Positions 50,961 through 60,850 of a DNA stretch of 64,000 nt are shown one piece after another (position 1 is the first letter of the stretch; each line of letters opens with the position of its first letter). Under the pieces are notes generated by a model that had not been told where the DNA came from, did not search any database, and saw nothing but the letters and a program-made list of their open reading frames with translations. A program made the position numbers and the translations under genes. This stretch comes from an uncultured Verrucomicrobiae bacterium (lineage in GTDB: Bacteria > Verrucomicrobiota > Verrucomicrobiia > Limisphaerales > Palsa-1400), in assembly GCA_963707025.1 (NCBI GenBank), contig CAVPOM010000006.1, positions 1 to 64,000 of the forward strand. The letters run 5' to 3'.

Positions 50961-52165
50961 CACTTTGGCTGATCATCCTGCGGAGCCTGCGCCAGCACGC
51001 CTTGTCCACCGTCATTACGGCGCTGTCCATTGCCCTGGCGGGCGGCCTGCTCATGTCGGTCTGGATCGTCAAGGTGCAATCCCAGGCCACCTTCACCGGC
51101 GTCACGGGCGGTTTTGACGCCGTGCTGGGGGCGCGCGGGTCGAAGTTACAGCTCGTGCTCAATTCGATTTTCCATCTGGAGAATTCGCCGGGAAACGTCC
51201 ACGCGCCCGATTATTTGGACATCAAGAATAATCCTAATGTAGCCCTGGCCATCCCCATAGCCGTGGGCGACAACTATCACGGCTACCGGTTGGTGGGAAC
51301 CATCCCGGAAATGTTCGAGAAGGTGGAGTACTCGCCGGGAAAACATTATGAGCTGGAGCCGGGCGGCCATTTCTTCGACCCCACCCGCAAGGAGGCGGTG
51401 GTGGGGAGTTTTGTGGCGGAGAAAATGGGGCTGAAAGCGGGCGATACGTTTCATCCATATCACGGACTGATTTTCAACGAAAAGGATCAACATGCCGAAA
51501 CGTATGTCGTCGTTGGCGTGATGAAACCGTCCAACACTCCCACCGACCGGGTGATCTGGATTCCGCTGGAAGGCATCCAGACGATGTTGGGGCACGATCC
51601 CAAGGCGGCGACGGATGTGAGCGCGGTCCTGGTGAAATTAAAGGGCGGGGGCATGGTTGGTTTTCGGATGGATCAGATGTACAACAAGCAGGGCAACCGC
51701 CTGACCTTCGCCTGGCCGATTGGAGCGACGATGGCTGATTTGTTCAGCAAGATCAGTTGGTTTGACAAGGTGCTGGAACTGGTTTCCTACCTGGTCGCGC
51801 TGGTCGCCACCGGGTCCATCCTGGCCAGCATCTACAATTCCATGAACGAGCGCCGCCGGGAGATTGCGATTCTGCGCGCGCTGGGCGCCCGGCGTCGCAT
51901 CATCTTCGGCGCGATCATTTTGGAAGCGGCCGCCATCTCCGCCCTGGGCATGTTGGTGGCGTTTGTTTTCTATTGGGCCATCATGACGGGCGCGGCGGTG
52001 GTCATTCGCGCGCAAACGGGCATTGTGCTGGACCCGTTTAAATTCAACCCCGTCATGCTGTGGGCTCCGGCGGCGTTGATCGCGCTGGGCGCTTTTGCGG
52101 GGGTGGTGCCGGCGGTCAAAGCCTATCGAACCGACGTGGCCGGAAATCTGGTTCCAACCTCGTAG
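50957..52165 (+). CDS. MacB/FtsX-like ABC permease
   Basis: GARGSKLQLVL, ERRREIAILRALGA. Confidence 0.9.
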   Translation: MTLWLIILRSLRQHALSTVITALSIALAGGLLMSVWIVKVQSQATFTGVTGGFDAVLGARGSKLQLVLNSIFHLENSPGNVHAPDYLDIKNNPNVALAIPIAVGDNYHGYRLVGTIPEMFEKVEYSPGKHYELEPGGHFFDPTRKEAVVGSFVAEKMGLKAGDTFHPYHGLIFNEKDQHAETYVVVGVMKPSNTPTDRVIWIPLEGIQTMLGHDPKAATDVSAVLVKLKGGGMVGFRMDQMYNKQGNRLTFAWPIGATMADLFSKISWFDKVLELVSYLVALVATGSILASIYNSMNERRREIAILRALGARRRIIFGAIILEAAAISALGMLVAFVFYWAIMTGAAVVIRAQTGIVLDPFKFNPVMLWAPAALIALGAFAGVVPAVKAYRTDVAGNLVPTS

Positions 52166-52172
52166 GAGTCCC

Positions 52173-52649
52173 ATGAGATTGCCTTCCATCATCATGCTTG
52201 CGCTGGGGTTCGGATTGCTGGCGGGCTGCGGCCACCACCAAAACCACGCATCCGACGACAGTCCTCATTTGCATGTGGATACCCCGCCGCACGGAGGAAC
52301 GCCGGTGGCTTTGGGCGACGATTATCAGATCGAATGGGTGCTGGATGCGCCGGCGGGACTGCTGCAGGCTTACGTCCTGGACGGTGAGATGGAAAATTTT
52401 GTGCGCATCGCCGCGCCGTCGTTTGAACTGCGCGCAAAACTCCCGGGGCGGGAGGAAGTCCTGCATTTTGCGGCAGTCGCCAATAGCGCGACCGGCGAAA
52501 CGGTCGGAAGCACGGCGTTATTCGAGGTCCGGGCGGAATGGCTGAAAACCAACAATACCTTCGACGCCCTGCTGCCGGAAATCAACGTGGAAGGGACCGT
52601 GTTCACCAACGTGACCTTCAATTTCCCCAAGGGAAACGACAAGGACTAG
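52173..52649 (+). CDS. His-rich lipoprotein
   Basis: LAGC lipobox, HHQNH, PHGG. Confidence 0.75.
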   Translation: MRLPSIIMLALGFGLLAGCGHHQNHASDDSPHLHVDTPPHGGTPVALGDDYQIEWVLDAPAGLLQAYVLDGEMENFVRIAAPSFELRAKLPGREEVLHFAAVANSATGETVGSTALFEVRAEWLKTNNTFDALLPEINVEGTVFTNVTFNFPKGNDKD

Positions 52650-52672
52650 AACCGATCCAACATAACAGCAAT

Positions 52673-53374
52673 ATGATCATGGCAATCAAAATGCGTAAAA
52701 CTGCCCAAGTCGTCTGGATGTTGCTGGCTCTTGGGACGTTCGTCCCCGCCATCTCCGCCCAGCAGGCGGCGGGCAAGAAACCGGTGGCAAAAATCCAGGG
52801 CGAATCCATTGATTCCGCCGGGGACCAGCCGGCCGCAGCCCGGCCGGCGACGAATCCGCCCTCCACCGCGCCGGCCAAGATTGCGACGGCAGCCGAACCA
52901 GGACCGGGAACTGCCAGCGCCGCCACCAATGCGTCCCCGGCGGGAAGCCCCGCCGTCAAGGGAGGATATTTGGTCGTGGATTTTGAGAGGCTTGCCTCGT
53001 TTGACTTTGATCCGCCGTCTTCCTCCGCCACCAATCATGTTGGCGCGGCGGACGAAGCGGACGGGGAGATACCGGCGGACATAAAAGCGCTGGACAAGAA
53101 AAAGGTCATGCTAAGGGGATTTATGATGCCGGTGATAATGGACGGAGACAACACCACAGAATTCTTTATTACGCGAAATCCAATGTGTTGCGCCTTCGGC
53201 ATGCCGGTGAAGTTGAACGAACTGGTGACAGTCAAAGTTGGCGGCAAGGGGCTTGAACCGAACATGGGCCAGCCCGTCACCATCAAAGGAACTCTGCACG
53301 TTGGCGCCATCCGCGACAGCGGCGATGTCACCGGCGTTTACCGAATGGATGGAGAAGCGCTGGTTGAGGAATAA
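52673..53374 (+). CDS. DUF3299-like exported protein
   Basis: LRGFMMP, EF, CCAFG, GTLHVG, YRM. Confidence 0.75.
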   Translation: MIMAIKMRKTAQVVWMLLALGTFVPAISAQQAAGKKPVAKIQGESIDSAGDQPAAARPATNPPSTAPAKIATAAEPGPGTASAATNASPAGSPAVKGGYLVVDFERLASFDFDPPSSSATNHVGAADEADGEIPADIKALDKKKVMLRGFMMPVIMDGDNTTEFFITRNPMCCAFGMPVKLNELVTVKVGGKGLEPNMGQPVTIKGTLHVGAIRDSGDVTGVYRMDGEALVEE

Positions 53375-53485
53375 GCGCGTTGATTGATGGCATTCAATCC
53401 CCACTACCGAGAATGAAATGAAGAAGGCTGACGAGGCGGACATGGCGCTGCAAGTATTAGACTGCTGGAAAGAGCGCAAAGAACC

Positions 53486-54259
53486 ATGAGCGCCGCCGCT
53501 GCCATATTGATCCGCACAGGCGTGGCGTTTTTGATCGCCTTGGCCGGCGGCATGGCCAGCGCCTTGATGGCCAGGACGCACAAGCGGCTTTGCGCGCTCA
53601 TCAGCCTTGGGGCGGGGACGTTGTTAGGCGTGACGGTGTTCGCGATTGCACCGGAGTGCCTGGAGGCGTTGCGGGCATGGCAGTTCGCGCTGGCGGCGGC
53701 CAGCGGGTACGGCCTCTTCGCGTTGATTAGCAAGTACGTCTTCCATGTTTGCCCGGCCTGCGCGGCCAGCCATTTTGACGAGGCGACCGCGCACCGCTTC
53801 GGCGAGATCGCGCTGGCCATGATGGTGGCTCTGGCCATCCATTGCACGGTGGACGGGCTGGCCCTGGCGGCAGGCCATGAAGAAACCGGCGAGAACGCGC
53901 ACATGCTCGATACGACGATCATGTTCGCGATTTGTGTTCATAAAGCGCCGGAAGGCATGGCCCTCGGCGCCTTGCTGCTCGGAGCTGGTTTCGCCCCGAT
54001 GAAAATGCTGTGGATGGTTGCAGCCGTCGAATTGACCACCATTTTGGGCGGTGTTCTCGGCCATTTTGTTCTGCACGGAGTTTCCGAATTTTGGCTGGGA
54101 GCGGCCCTGGGTCACGCCGGGGGCGGATTTCTTTTTCTCGCCACGCATGCGATTCTGGGTGAGATTTGGAAGCACCATAAAGGCATCGTGCTCGGGTTTT
54201 TTACCGCCGGGTTTCTTGTCATTGGCCTGTTAGTGGTCGGTTTTCACCTCAAAGATTAG
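53486..54259 (+). CDS. ZIP-family metal transporter
   Basis: IHCTVDG and VHKAPEG motifs. Confidence 0.88.
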   Translation: MSAAAAILIRTGVAFLIALAGGMASALMARTHKRLCALISLGAGTLLGVTVFAIAPECLEALRAWQFALAAASGYGLFALISKYVFHVCPACAASHFDEATAHRFGEIALAMMVALAIHCTVDGLALAAGHEETGENAHMLDTTIMFAICVHKAPEGMALGALLLGAGFAPMKMLWMVAAVELTTILGGVLGHFVLHGVSEFWLGAALGHAGGGFLFLATHAILGEIWKHHKGIVLGFFTAGFLVIGLLVVGFHLKD

Positions 54260-54348
54260 CCTGGCATGGCGGAGGCTTCTCCCAAAAATAACGGCGCTGG
54301 TTGTGTCATCGCCTCAACCGGTGTGATTGGCTCGCTGTGCCTGGATGA

Positions 54349-54612
54349 TCAAAAATGCGCACATACGTCAGCGTCTTGGTCGGGACCGGCCAATACAATG
54401 CGCTCCAATCTCTCCGAAAAGCGGCACCACTCCGGGATGATGTCAATAAATGCCTGAACGTCCCGCTTGCTGACGACATGGTGGAATCCGCGTCCCGGCG
54501 ACTCGCGATCAAGAGCATATCCCTCGTGCCCGGTGGGGCGATGGCGGTTCTTGCGCTGCACACGCCCGTCTTTGACCTTGGTGGCCGTGCGCCTGTTGAA
54601 GGTGGTGTGCAT
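54349..54612 (-). pseudogene. Short hypothetical ORF, possibly a truncated gene remnant
   Basis: 87-aa ORF with a protein-like N-terminus and abrupt end. Confidence 0.3.
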
Positions 54613-54717
54613 GGTTCAACAGGTTAAAACAGGAGCGCGCAGAGGCAACAGACATTTCCCCTTTTTCCTCTCCGGGATCTCCCGTTCAAAATCATCTTCT
54701 CCGTCGCCGCGGCGCGC

Positions 54718-57210
54718 TCACTTGTCCAGGTCGGCGCGGATGGTGCGCAGGCCATAGACGGCGCCGATTTCGTTGCCTTGGGTGGCTTCAAAGCGCACGG
54801 TGACTTTCTTTTTGCCTTCCACCAGGGCGGCGGGGATTTTGTACTCGACATCGTAGAACTTCGGCTCGCCGCGCGCTTCGATGGTCTGCTCGCCCACTTT
54901 CTGGCCGTCCACCAGCAGGTCCGCCGTGCGCTTGCGCCACTCGTCCGCGTAATAGGTGCAGACCAGGGTCATGGGATGGGCCGGATCCACCGCCAACTCG
55001 AAGGAAAACCACCGGGTGCCGCGCCGTCCGTAATGGCCCATCGTTTCCTCCGGCGTGCTCTCCTCCGGGCTGGAGGCTTGCTCGTTGGCGTCCCGCTCTG
55101 CCTGCATCTGGCCGGGTTGGACGAAGCCGACGGTGGCCAGTTTGAGCTTCTCCTCCCGCGCGGCTTGGGCGGCGAAGTCAGGCGATTTCGTAATCCATTC
55201 CACGGGTGTGAACGTGTCCCAATAGGCCGCATAAGTGCGTTCGTGCAAACGGTAGAAAGGCGCAAAGGACACGTCGCGGTCGCGGCCCACGCCCACGGAT
55301 TGGAAATTGCCGGGCTGGCCTGGCACCGGTTTGAGCCATTGCTCAATGGAGATTCCGGCGGAAACGAGCACCGGCACATTGTTGGAGGCGGCTCGTCCGC
55401 GCCTTTCCGGCCCAAGGTCGCCTGCCAGCACGAGCGGGCCCCACATCAGGGCCACGCGGCGCGGGTTGTCGGGGAGCGGCTCTTCATGCAGTTCTTTGGG
55501 CAGCACCAGCGCCACGGTGTCGCCGCTTTTCCAGGCGCGGCTGATTTCGACATAGGAACCGGGCTGGGGCAAGTGCGGCACCGGCTGGCCGTTGACGGTC
55601 ACGGAGAAGTTCCGGCCGGCCCAGGAGGGACGCCGCAGGGCCAGGGTGAATTTTCGGGCCGGGGCGAACCCGAGGAAGCCGCTGCCCTGGACGGCGACTT
55701 TCAAGGAGGCGGTTTCGCCTTCCGGGAAGGTGGTGTCCATGACCAGTTTCACCTGCTCGTTTTTCCAATCTGCCGTGCAAGGCGTGTAAAAATTCACCCA
55801 CAACCTGGTGTCTTTCGGGGTCCTGGATTCGTAATAAATGCCGTCGCCGTGGAGGGCGTGGTTTTCCATGCCGGTGCCGACGCAGCAGGTAAAGCTGTCG
55901 AACATATCCTGGTATTCATGGGTGACGCCCCGGCCCACCGGCACCATGTAGCAGGTGCGGCCATCCTTGGGATCCATCGAGCCCAGCACATGGTTGAACA
56001 AGGCCGTCTCCAGGAACGCCGCGTAACGCTCGTCGGGTTGCAGGGCGAAAAGCTCGCGGGTCATTTTGAGCATGTTATAGACGTTGCAACTTTCGTCGTC
56101 GCGCCCGTCAACGTGGTTGCTCAATTTGTCGGGGGGATCGAAGTATTCATCGTGCCCGTGTCCGCCGGTGGCGTAGCTGTGGTGATAGACGACTTGTTCC
56201 CAGAAAAAGCGGGCCGCCTCGCCATCGGTCTGGTTGCCGGTATAAACGTAGCGGGAAAGTTCGCCGATCATTTTGGGGACGAGGGTGTTGCCATGCTTGC
56301 CGCCGAGAATGTCCTTGTGCCCGGCCAGCGGATTGACGATGGCCTTGTGTTCAAATCTGTCGGAAAGGGCCAGCCAGCGCGGGTTGCCGGTGTCGTGGTA
56401 AAGGTCGGCCAGGACTTCGTTCATCCCGCCAAATTCGGTGCTGAGCATGCGCTGGTCCTGGTCCTCGGTCAGCTTGCCCACAATGGACTCGACCCAGCCG
56501 GCGAATTTGATCTCGACCTCCAGCGCCGCGGTATTTGCCGTGCAGCGATAAGCGTCGCGCAAGCCGGCGAAAATCTTGTGCTCGACATACCAGGGCGACC
56601 ACATACCATTGAGATCAAATCCGCCGGATTGAATGGTCCCCTGGGCGATGGCCTCAAAACGTCCTTTGCCATCCAGAACCTGGCCCCGGCCCCGGCGGCC
56701 ACCGGCTGCGGTTGCACCAGCGCCGCCGGCCCCGCGCGGGGGACTGGCCATGAGCGCCCCGATGTAGCCATCGCCCTGTTTGTCCTGGATTTCCCTCAAT
56801 TCACTGACCATGTAATCCACGCGCCGTTTGAATTCAGGATTGCCCGTCGCGGCGTACATATAACTGATGGCGGAAAGGTAATGCCCGGCGATGTGGCCGG
56901 TCAGTTGCCGGGTTGCGCCGGCGTCCCACCCGCCGTAGCCGCCGTCGGCCTTGCCTTGGAGTCCCGCCCGGACGCGCAACCAGTAAAGCATCCGGTCCGG
57001 CTCCAGTTCGAGCAGGTATTTGGCGTCCAATTCCTGCGCGTGTCCGAGCGGGCCGCCCGTCAGGCGCACGTCCGACAACGGCAGCGGCTGGGCCTGGAAG
57101 GGGACCGGTTGGAGGATCGGGCTGGCGGCGCCGGGCGCATTTTGAGCCGGCGCCGTCCGGGCAAGGCAGGCGAAGGCAAGGGCCGTTGAAACACAAGTTA
57201 AAAACTTCAT
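54718..57210 (-). CDS. Glycoside hydrolase family 127/146-like (beta-L-arabinofuranosidase-like)
   Basis: GHIAGHYLSA, EFGGMNE, ESCNVYNMLK, FTCCVGTG. Confidence 0.9.
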   Translation of the reverse strand: MKFLTCVSTALAFACLARTAPAQNAPGAASPILQPVPFQAQPLPLSDVRLTGGPLGHAQELDAKYLLELEPDRMLYWLRVRAGLQGKADGGYGGWDAGATRQLTGHIAGHYLSAISYMYAATGNPEFKRRVDYMVSELREIQDKQGDGYIGALMASPPRGAGGAGATAAGGRRGRGQVLDGKGRFEAIAQGTIQSGGFDLNGMWSPWYVEHKIFAGLRDAYRCTANTAALEVEIKFAGWVESIVGKLTEDQDQRMLSTEFGGMNEVLADLYHDTGNPRWLALSDRFEHKAIVNPLAGHKDILGGKHGNTLVPKMIGELSRYVYTGNQTDGEAARFFWEQVVYHHSYATGGHGHDEYFDPPDKLSNHVDGRDDESCNVYNMLKMTRELFALQPDERYAAFLETALFNHVLGSMDPKDGRTCYMVPVGRGVTHEYQDMFDSFTCCVGTGMENHALHGDGIYYESRTPKDTRLWVNFYTPCTADWKNEQVKLVMDTTFPEGETASLKVAVQGSGFLGFAPARKFTLALRRPSWAGRNFSVTVNGQPVPHLPQPGSYVEISRAWKSGDTVALVLPKELHEEPLPDNPRRVALMWGPLVLAGDLGPERRGRAASNNVPVLVSAGISIEQWLKPVPGQPGNFQSVGVGRDRDVSFAPFYRLHERTYAAYWDTFTPVEWITKSPDFAAQAAREEKLKLATVGFVQPGQMQAERDANEQASSPEESTPEETMGHYGRRGTRWFSFELAVDPAHPMTLVCTYYADEWRKRTADLLVDGQKVGEQTIEARGEPKFYDVEYKIPAALVEGKKKVTVRFEATQGNEIGAVYGLRTIRADLDK

Positions 57211-57473
57211 AGGCCTAATATATGGCAATGAACCGGCTTTAGACAATGCACAATCCACGCCGGAATTGACCGCTGATGGATGTAGATTCACCTATCTGCG
57301 GGCAATTCCGGATTCGTTTGCGGTGGGCTGCGCTGTCTCCGCGCAACCCTGGGCTGCAAGCTTCAAACCCGTTGGGATTGGAAAACCAGCTTCAGGCCAT
57401 TTTAGCTTTGACATAACGGGAGGGGTGTGGGATTTTTATTCGTCGTCAGTCAAAGTTGTAAAACCTATTTTAG

Positions 57474-59585
57474 TTGCTTGTGAAAAAAACGTTCCACGGC
57501 GCAGCCGTTTTGCTGCTGTTCTCAAACCTCAATCTTCAACTTTCCACCGCCCACGCCCAGGGCACGGCGTTCACCTATCAAGGCCGCATGCTGGACAACG
57601 GCACGAACTTCAACGGCGCGGGCCAGTTCAAGTTCGCGCTGGTCAGCAGCACCAACCTCAGCAGCCAAGCCACCGCCACAGCCAATATGGGCGGCAGCAG
57701 TCCCTTTGAATTCGTCGAGAGTTATACCATCGTCTCTGGCGGCAGCGGTTATACCACCGCGCCGACGGTGACCGTTGCCGGCCCCGGCGAGTCCGGCTCG
57801 ACGGCTCTCGCCACGGCGACCATCAGCGGCGGCACGGTGACGGCCATCAACGTCATCAGTCCTGGTTCGGGTTACAGCGGCACGCCCATGGTGACGATTG
57901 CCGCGCCCCCACCGGACATCACCTACACGACCTATTGGAGCAATGACGGCACGAGTGTCAACGGCAGCCAACCAACTGCCACCGTGAGTGTGGGCGTCAG
58001 CGATGGGCTGTTCACCGTGGTTTTAGGTGACACCACCTTGGCGAACATGACGACCATTGACCCTTTATTGTTCAAGCAGTCGAACCTGCAATTGCAGATT
58101 TGGTTCAGCGATGGGGTGAATGGTTTTGCGATGCTGAATCCACTGCAAAATTTGACCCCGACGCCGTATGCGATTTATGCGGAAAACGCAAATGGTTTAT
58201 CGGCCTCCCAATTGACCAGCATTGGCAATACCAACGGAGGCTCGGGCAACTTCTTTGTCGGTCCATCGGGCAATCCGACGACGAGCGGCTTTTGGAACAC
58301 GGCCGATGGCGTTGGGGCGTTTGCAACCAACACGAGCGGGTCACTAGACACGGCCATTGGCTATCTGGCTCTTCAGGCCAACACGAGCGGCATCGATAAC
58401 ACGGCCATTGGAACACATGTGCTTCTCGCCAACACGAACGGCTCCGCAAACACGGCCATTGGCACTGGGGCGCTCATCGCCAACACGAGCGGCTTCAACA
58501 ACATCGCGCTGGGCTATCAGGCTGGCTATTTCATCACCACCGGCAGTTCCAACATTGACATCGGCAATAAGGGTCTTTCCACCGACACCAATATTATCCG
58601 CATCGGTAGCGTCCAGAGCCAGACGTTCATCGCGGGCGTCATCAACGGCAACGGCAGCGGGCTGACCAATCTCAATGGCGCGCAATTGACCGGCGTCATC
58701 ACCGGCAACGGGGGCGGGTTGACCAACATTCCTGCCAGCGCGGTTGTGCCTGCTCCCGCCGGCATGGCGCTGATTCCGGCGGGAACGTTCCCGATGGGGG
58801 ACACCCTGGATGGCGAGAGCGACGCCATCCCGACAAACATATATGTGTCGGCGTTTTACATGGACGTGAACCTGGTGAGCTATGCGCAATGGCAGTCGGT
58901 GTATTTTTGGGCCACGAACCACGGGTATGGCTTTGTGAATGCGGGTGCCGGGAAGGCGGCGAATCATCCGGTGCAGACAGTGGATTGGTATGACGCGGTG
59001 AAGTGGGGCAATGCGCGCTCGCAGCAGACGGGTTTGACGCCGGTGTATTACACGGATTCGAACATGACGGTGGTTTATACGAATGGGGAGACGGATGCCG
59101 TCTATGTGAAGTGGTTGGCCAATGGGTATCGGTTGCCGACGGAAGCGGAGTGGGAAAAGGCGGCGCGGGGCGGGTTGAGCGGACAGCGGTTTCCGTGGGG
59201 CAACGTCATCACGGAAAACCTGGCCAACTACAACGGAGATACCGCCGATTTTAGCTATGATTTGGGGCCGAACGGATACAACGCAGCCTTTACGAACGGA
59301 TTGGTGCAACCCTACACGAGTCCGGTGGGATATTTTGCGGCGAACGGGTATGGACTGTATGACATGTCTGGGAATGTTTTTGAGTGGTGTTGGGATTGGT
59401 ATGGAACGCCGTATGGACAACCGACCAACACGAATCCAACCGGACCGGGAACCGGGAGCAACCGCGTGTTGCGCGGTGGCCATTGGCTCGACCCCCCCAA
59501 CAACGCGCGATGCGCGGATCGCCTCGACACCATCCCGCTCAACGTCAGCAACTACCTCGGGTTTCGTTGTGTGAGGGGGCTTTAG
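57474..59585 (+). CDS. Exported protein with C-terminal FGE-sulfatase (CLec-fold) domain
   Basis: AQGTAFTYQG, NTAIG repeats, YRLPTEAEWE, GLYDMSGNVFEW, RGG...GFRC. Confidence 0.9.
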   Translation: MLVKKTFHGAAVLLLFSNLNLQLSTAHAQGTAFTYQGRMLDNGTNFNGAGQFKFALVSSTNLSSQATATANMGGSSPFEFVESYTIVSGGSGYTTAPTVTVAGPGESGSTALATATISGGTVTAINVISPGSGYSGTPMVTIAAPPPDITYTTYWSNDGTSVNGSQPTATVSVGVSDGLFTVVLGDTTLANMTTIDPLLFKQSNLQLQIWFSDGVNGFAMLNPLQNLTPTPYAIYAENANGLSASQLTSIGNTNGGSGNFFVGPSGNPTTSGFWNTADGVGAFATNTSGSLDTAIGYLALQANTSGIDNTAIGTHVLLANTNGSANTAIGTGALIANTSGFNNIALGYQAGYFITTGSSNIDIGNKGLSTDTNIIRIGSVQSQTFIAGVINGNGSGLTNLNGAQLTGVITGNGGGLTNIPASAVVPAPAGMALIPAGTFPMGDTLDGESDAIPTNIYVSAFYMDVNLVSYAQWQSVYFWATNHGYGFVNAGAGKAANHPVQTVDWYDAVKWGNARSQQTGLTPVYYTDSNMTVVYTNGETDAVYVKWLANGYRLPTEAEWEKAARGGLSGQRFPWGNVITENLANYNGDTADFSYDLGPNGYNAAFTNGLVQPYTSPVGYFAANGYGLYDMSGNVFEWCWDWYGTPYGQPTNTNPTGPGTGSNRVLRGGHWLDPPNNARCADRLDTIPLNVSNYLGFRCVRGL

Positions 59586-59658
59586 TTTTTGTGCTTTTAC
59601 ACTTTAACCCTTTTGAACGAGTGAGTGCGTTTTGATCAAAGTCAAAGGTCAAAGGGTC

Positions 59659-60702
59659 AAAGGGGTCAAACCATATATTTGCACTGTTTTGCGCTTGCCA
59701 CGCTCAGTGCATTGCGGCACGATGGGCCGATGCCACGGCAATTGCGCATCGAGTATCCCGGGGCGATCTATCATGTCCTGAGCCGGGGAAATCGTCGGGA
59801 AGCCATCTTCGTTGATGATGGCGACTGCCATGATTTTATCAAAACCCTGGCCGAGGCTTGCCAGAAAACCGGCTTCCAAATTCACGCCTTTTGCCTGATG
59901 AAAAACCATTTTCATTTGGTGGTCGAAACGCCGCAAGGCAATCTGGTGGCCGGAATGCGCTGGCTCTTGAGCACCTATTCCAACCGGTTCAATCACCGGC
60001 ATGATCGGTGCGGCCATGTTTTCAGCGGGCGCTACAAAGCACTGGTGGTGGATGGCAGCGGCCGCGGGTATTTGCGCACCGTTTGCGATTACACTCACCT
60101 CAACCCGGTCCGGGCCGGATTATTGCCCGCGGCCAGCCGGCTGCTGGAGTATCCCTGGAGCAGTTTTGGGTTTCTATTTGACGGAGGTGAAACATCGGCC
60201 CGGGTGGCTGCGGGTGGACCGGTTGCTCGGCGAGCATGGCATTGCCAGGGACACGGCCTCCGGGCGGCGGGAATTTGAGGGCCGGATGGAAAGCCGCCGC
60301 GCCGGGGAGGGAGAGGCCGGCCCGTGGAAGGGGATGCGGCGCGGATGGTGCTTTGGAACAGCCGATTTCAAGAAAGGACTGCTGGAAAGGCTGCAGGGAC
60401 ACTTGGGCCCAAACCACTCCGGCAGGCTGCGCCAGGAGGCGGGCCAGGCGGGCGCGGAGGCGCTTATCTCCAAGGCCCTGAGGCGGCTGGGATGGAAAGA
60501 GGAGGAATTGGGCAAGCGGGCCAAAAGCGACCCGGGCAAAGTGAGGTTGGCGGCGCAATTGCGCCAGGAGACGACCCTGACCATCGGGCAGATCGCGCAG
60601 AGGTTGCACATGGGAACCCGCAACACCTTGGCGACAAACCTGCAAGGAAGAAAAGGCACGAACGGATGAACGGGATAGCGCAAATATGCGGTTTGACCCC
60701 TT
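59659..60702 (+). mobile_element. HUH/RAYT (Y1) element with 26-bp terminal inverted repeats
   Basis: AAGGGGTCAAACCATATATTTGCACT (59660-59685) versus reverse complement of 60677-60702, 23/26. Confidence 0.8.
59730..60669 (+). CDS. REP-associated tyrosine transposase-like protein with C-terminal HTH, frameshifted near 60172
   Basis: YHVLSRGNRR, MKNHFHL (HUH), GRYK, YTHLNP, YPWSS. Confidence 0.9.
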
Positions 60703-60846
60703 CCCCGCCAGGAGACGACCCTGACCATCGGGCAGATCGCGCAGAGGTTGCGCATGGGAACCCGCAACACTTTGGCGACAAACCTGCAAGGAAGAAAAGG
60801 CAGGAACGGAGGAACGGGATAGTGCAATTATGCGGTTTGACCCTTT
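60562..60846 (+). repeat. Tandem duplication (period 144 bp) of the transposase 3' end and right TIR
   Basis: 60562-60702 repeated at 60706-60846 with few mismatches. Confidence 0.92.
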
Positions 60847-60850
60847 CGAC

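Noticed and set aside
54778..57189. Long antisense ORFs (also 17160-18662, 26415-27668, 23789-25249)
   Set aside because: Shadow frames opposite well-supported genes, expected in GC-rich DNA.
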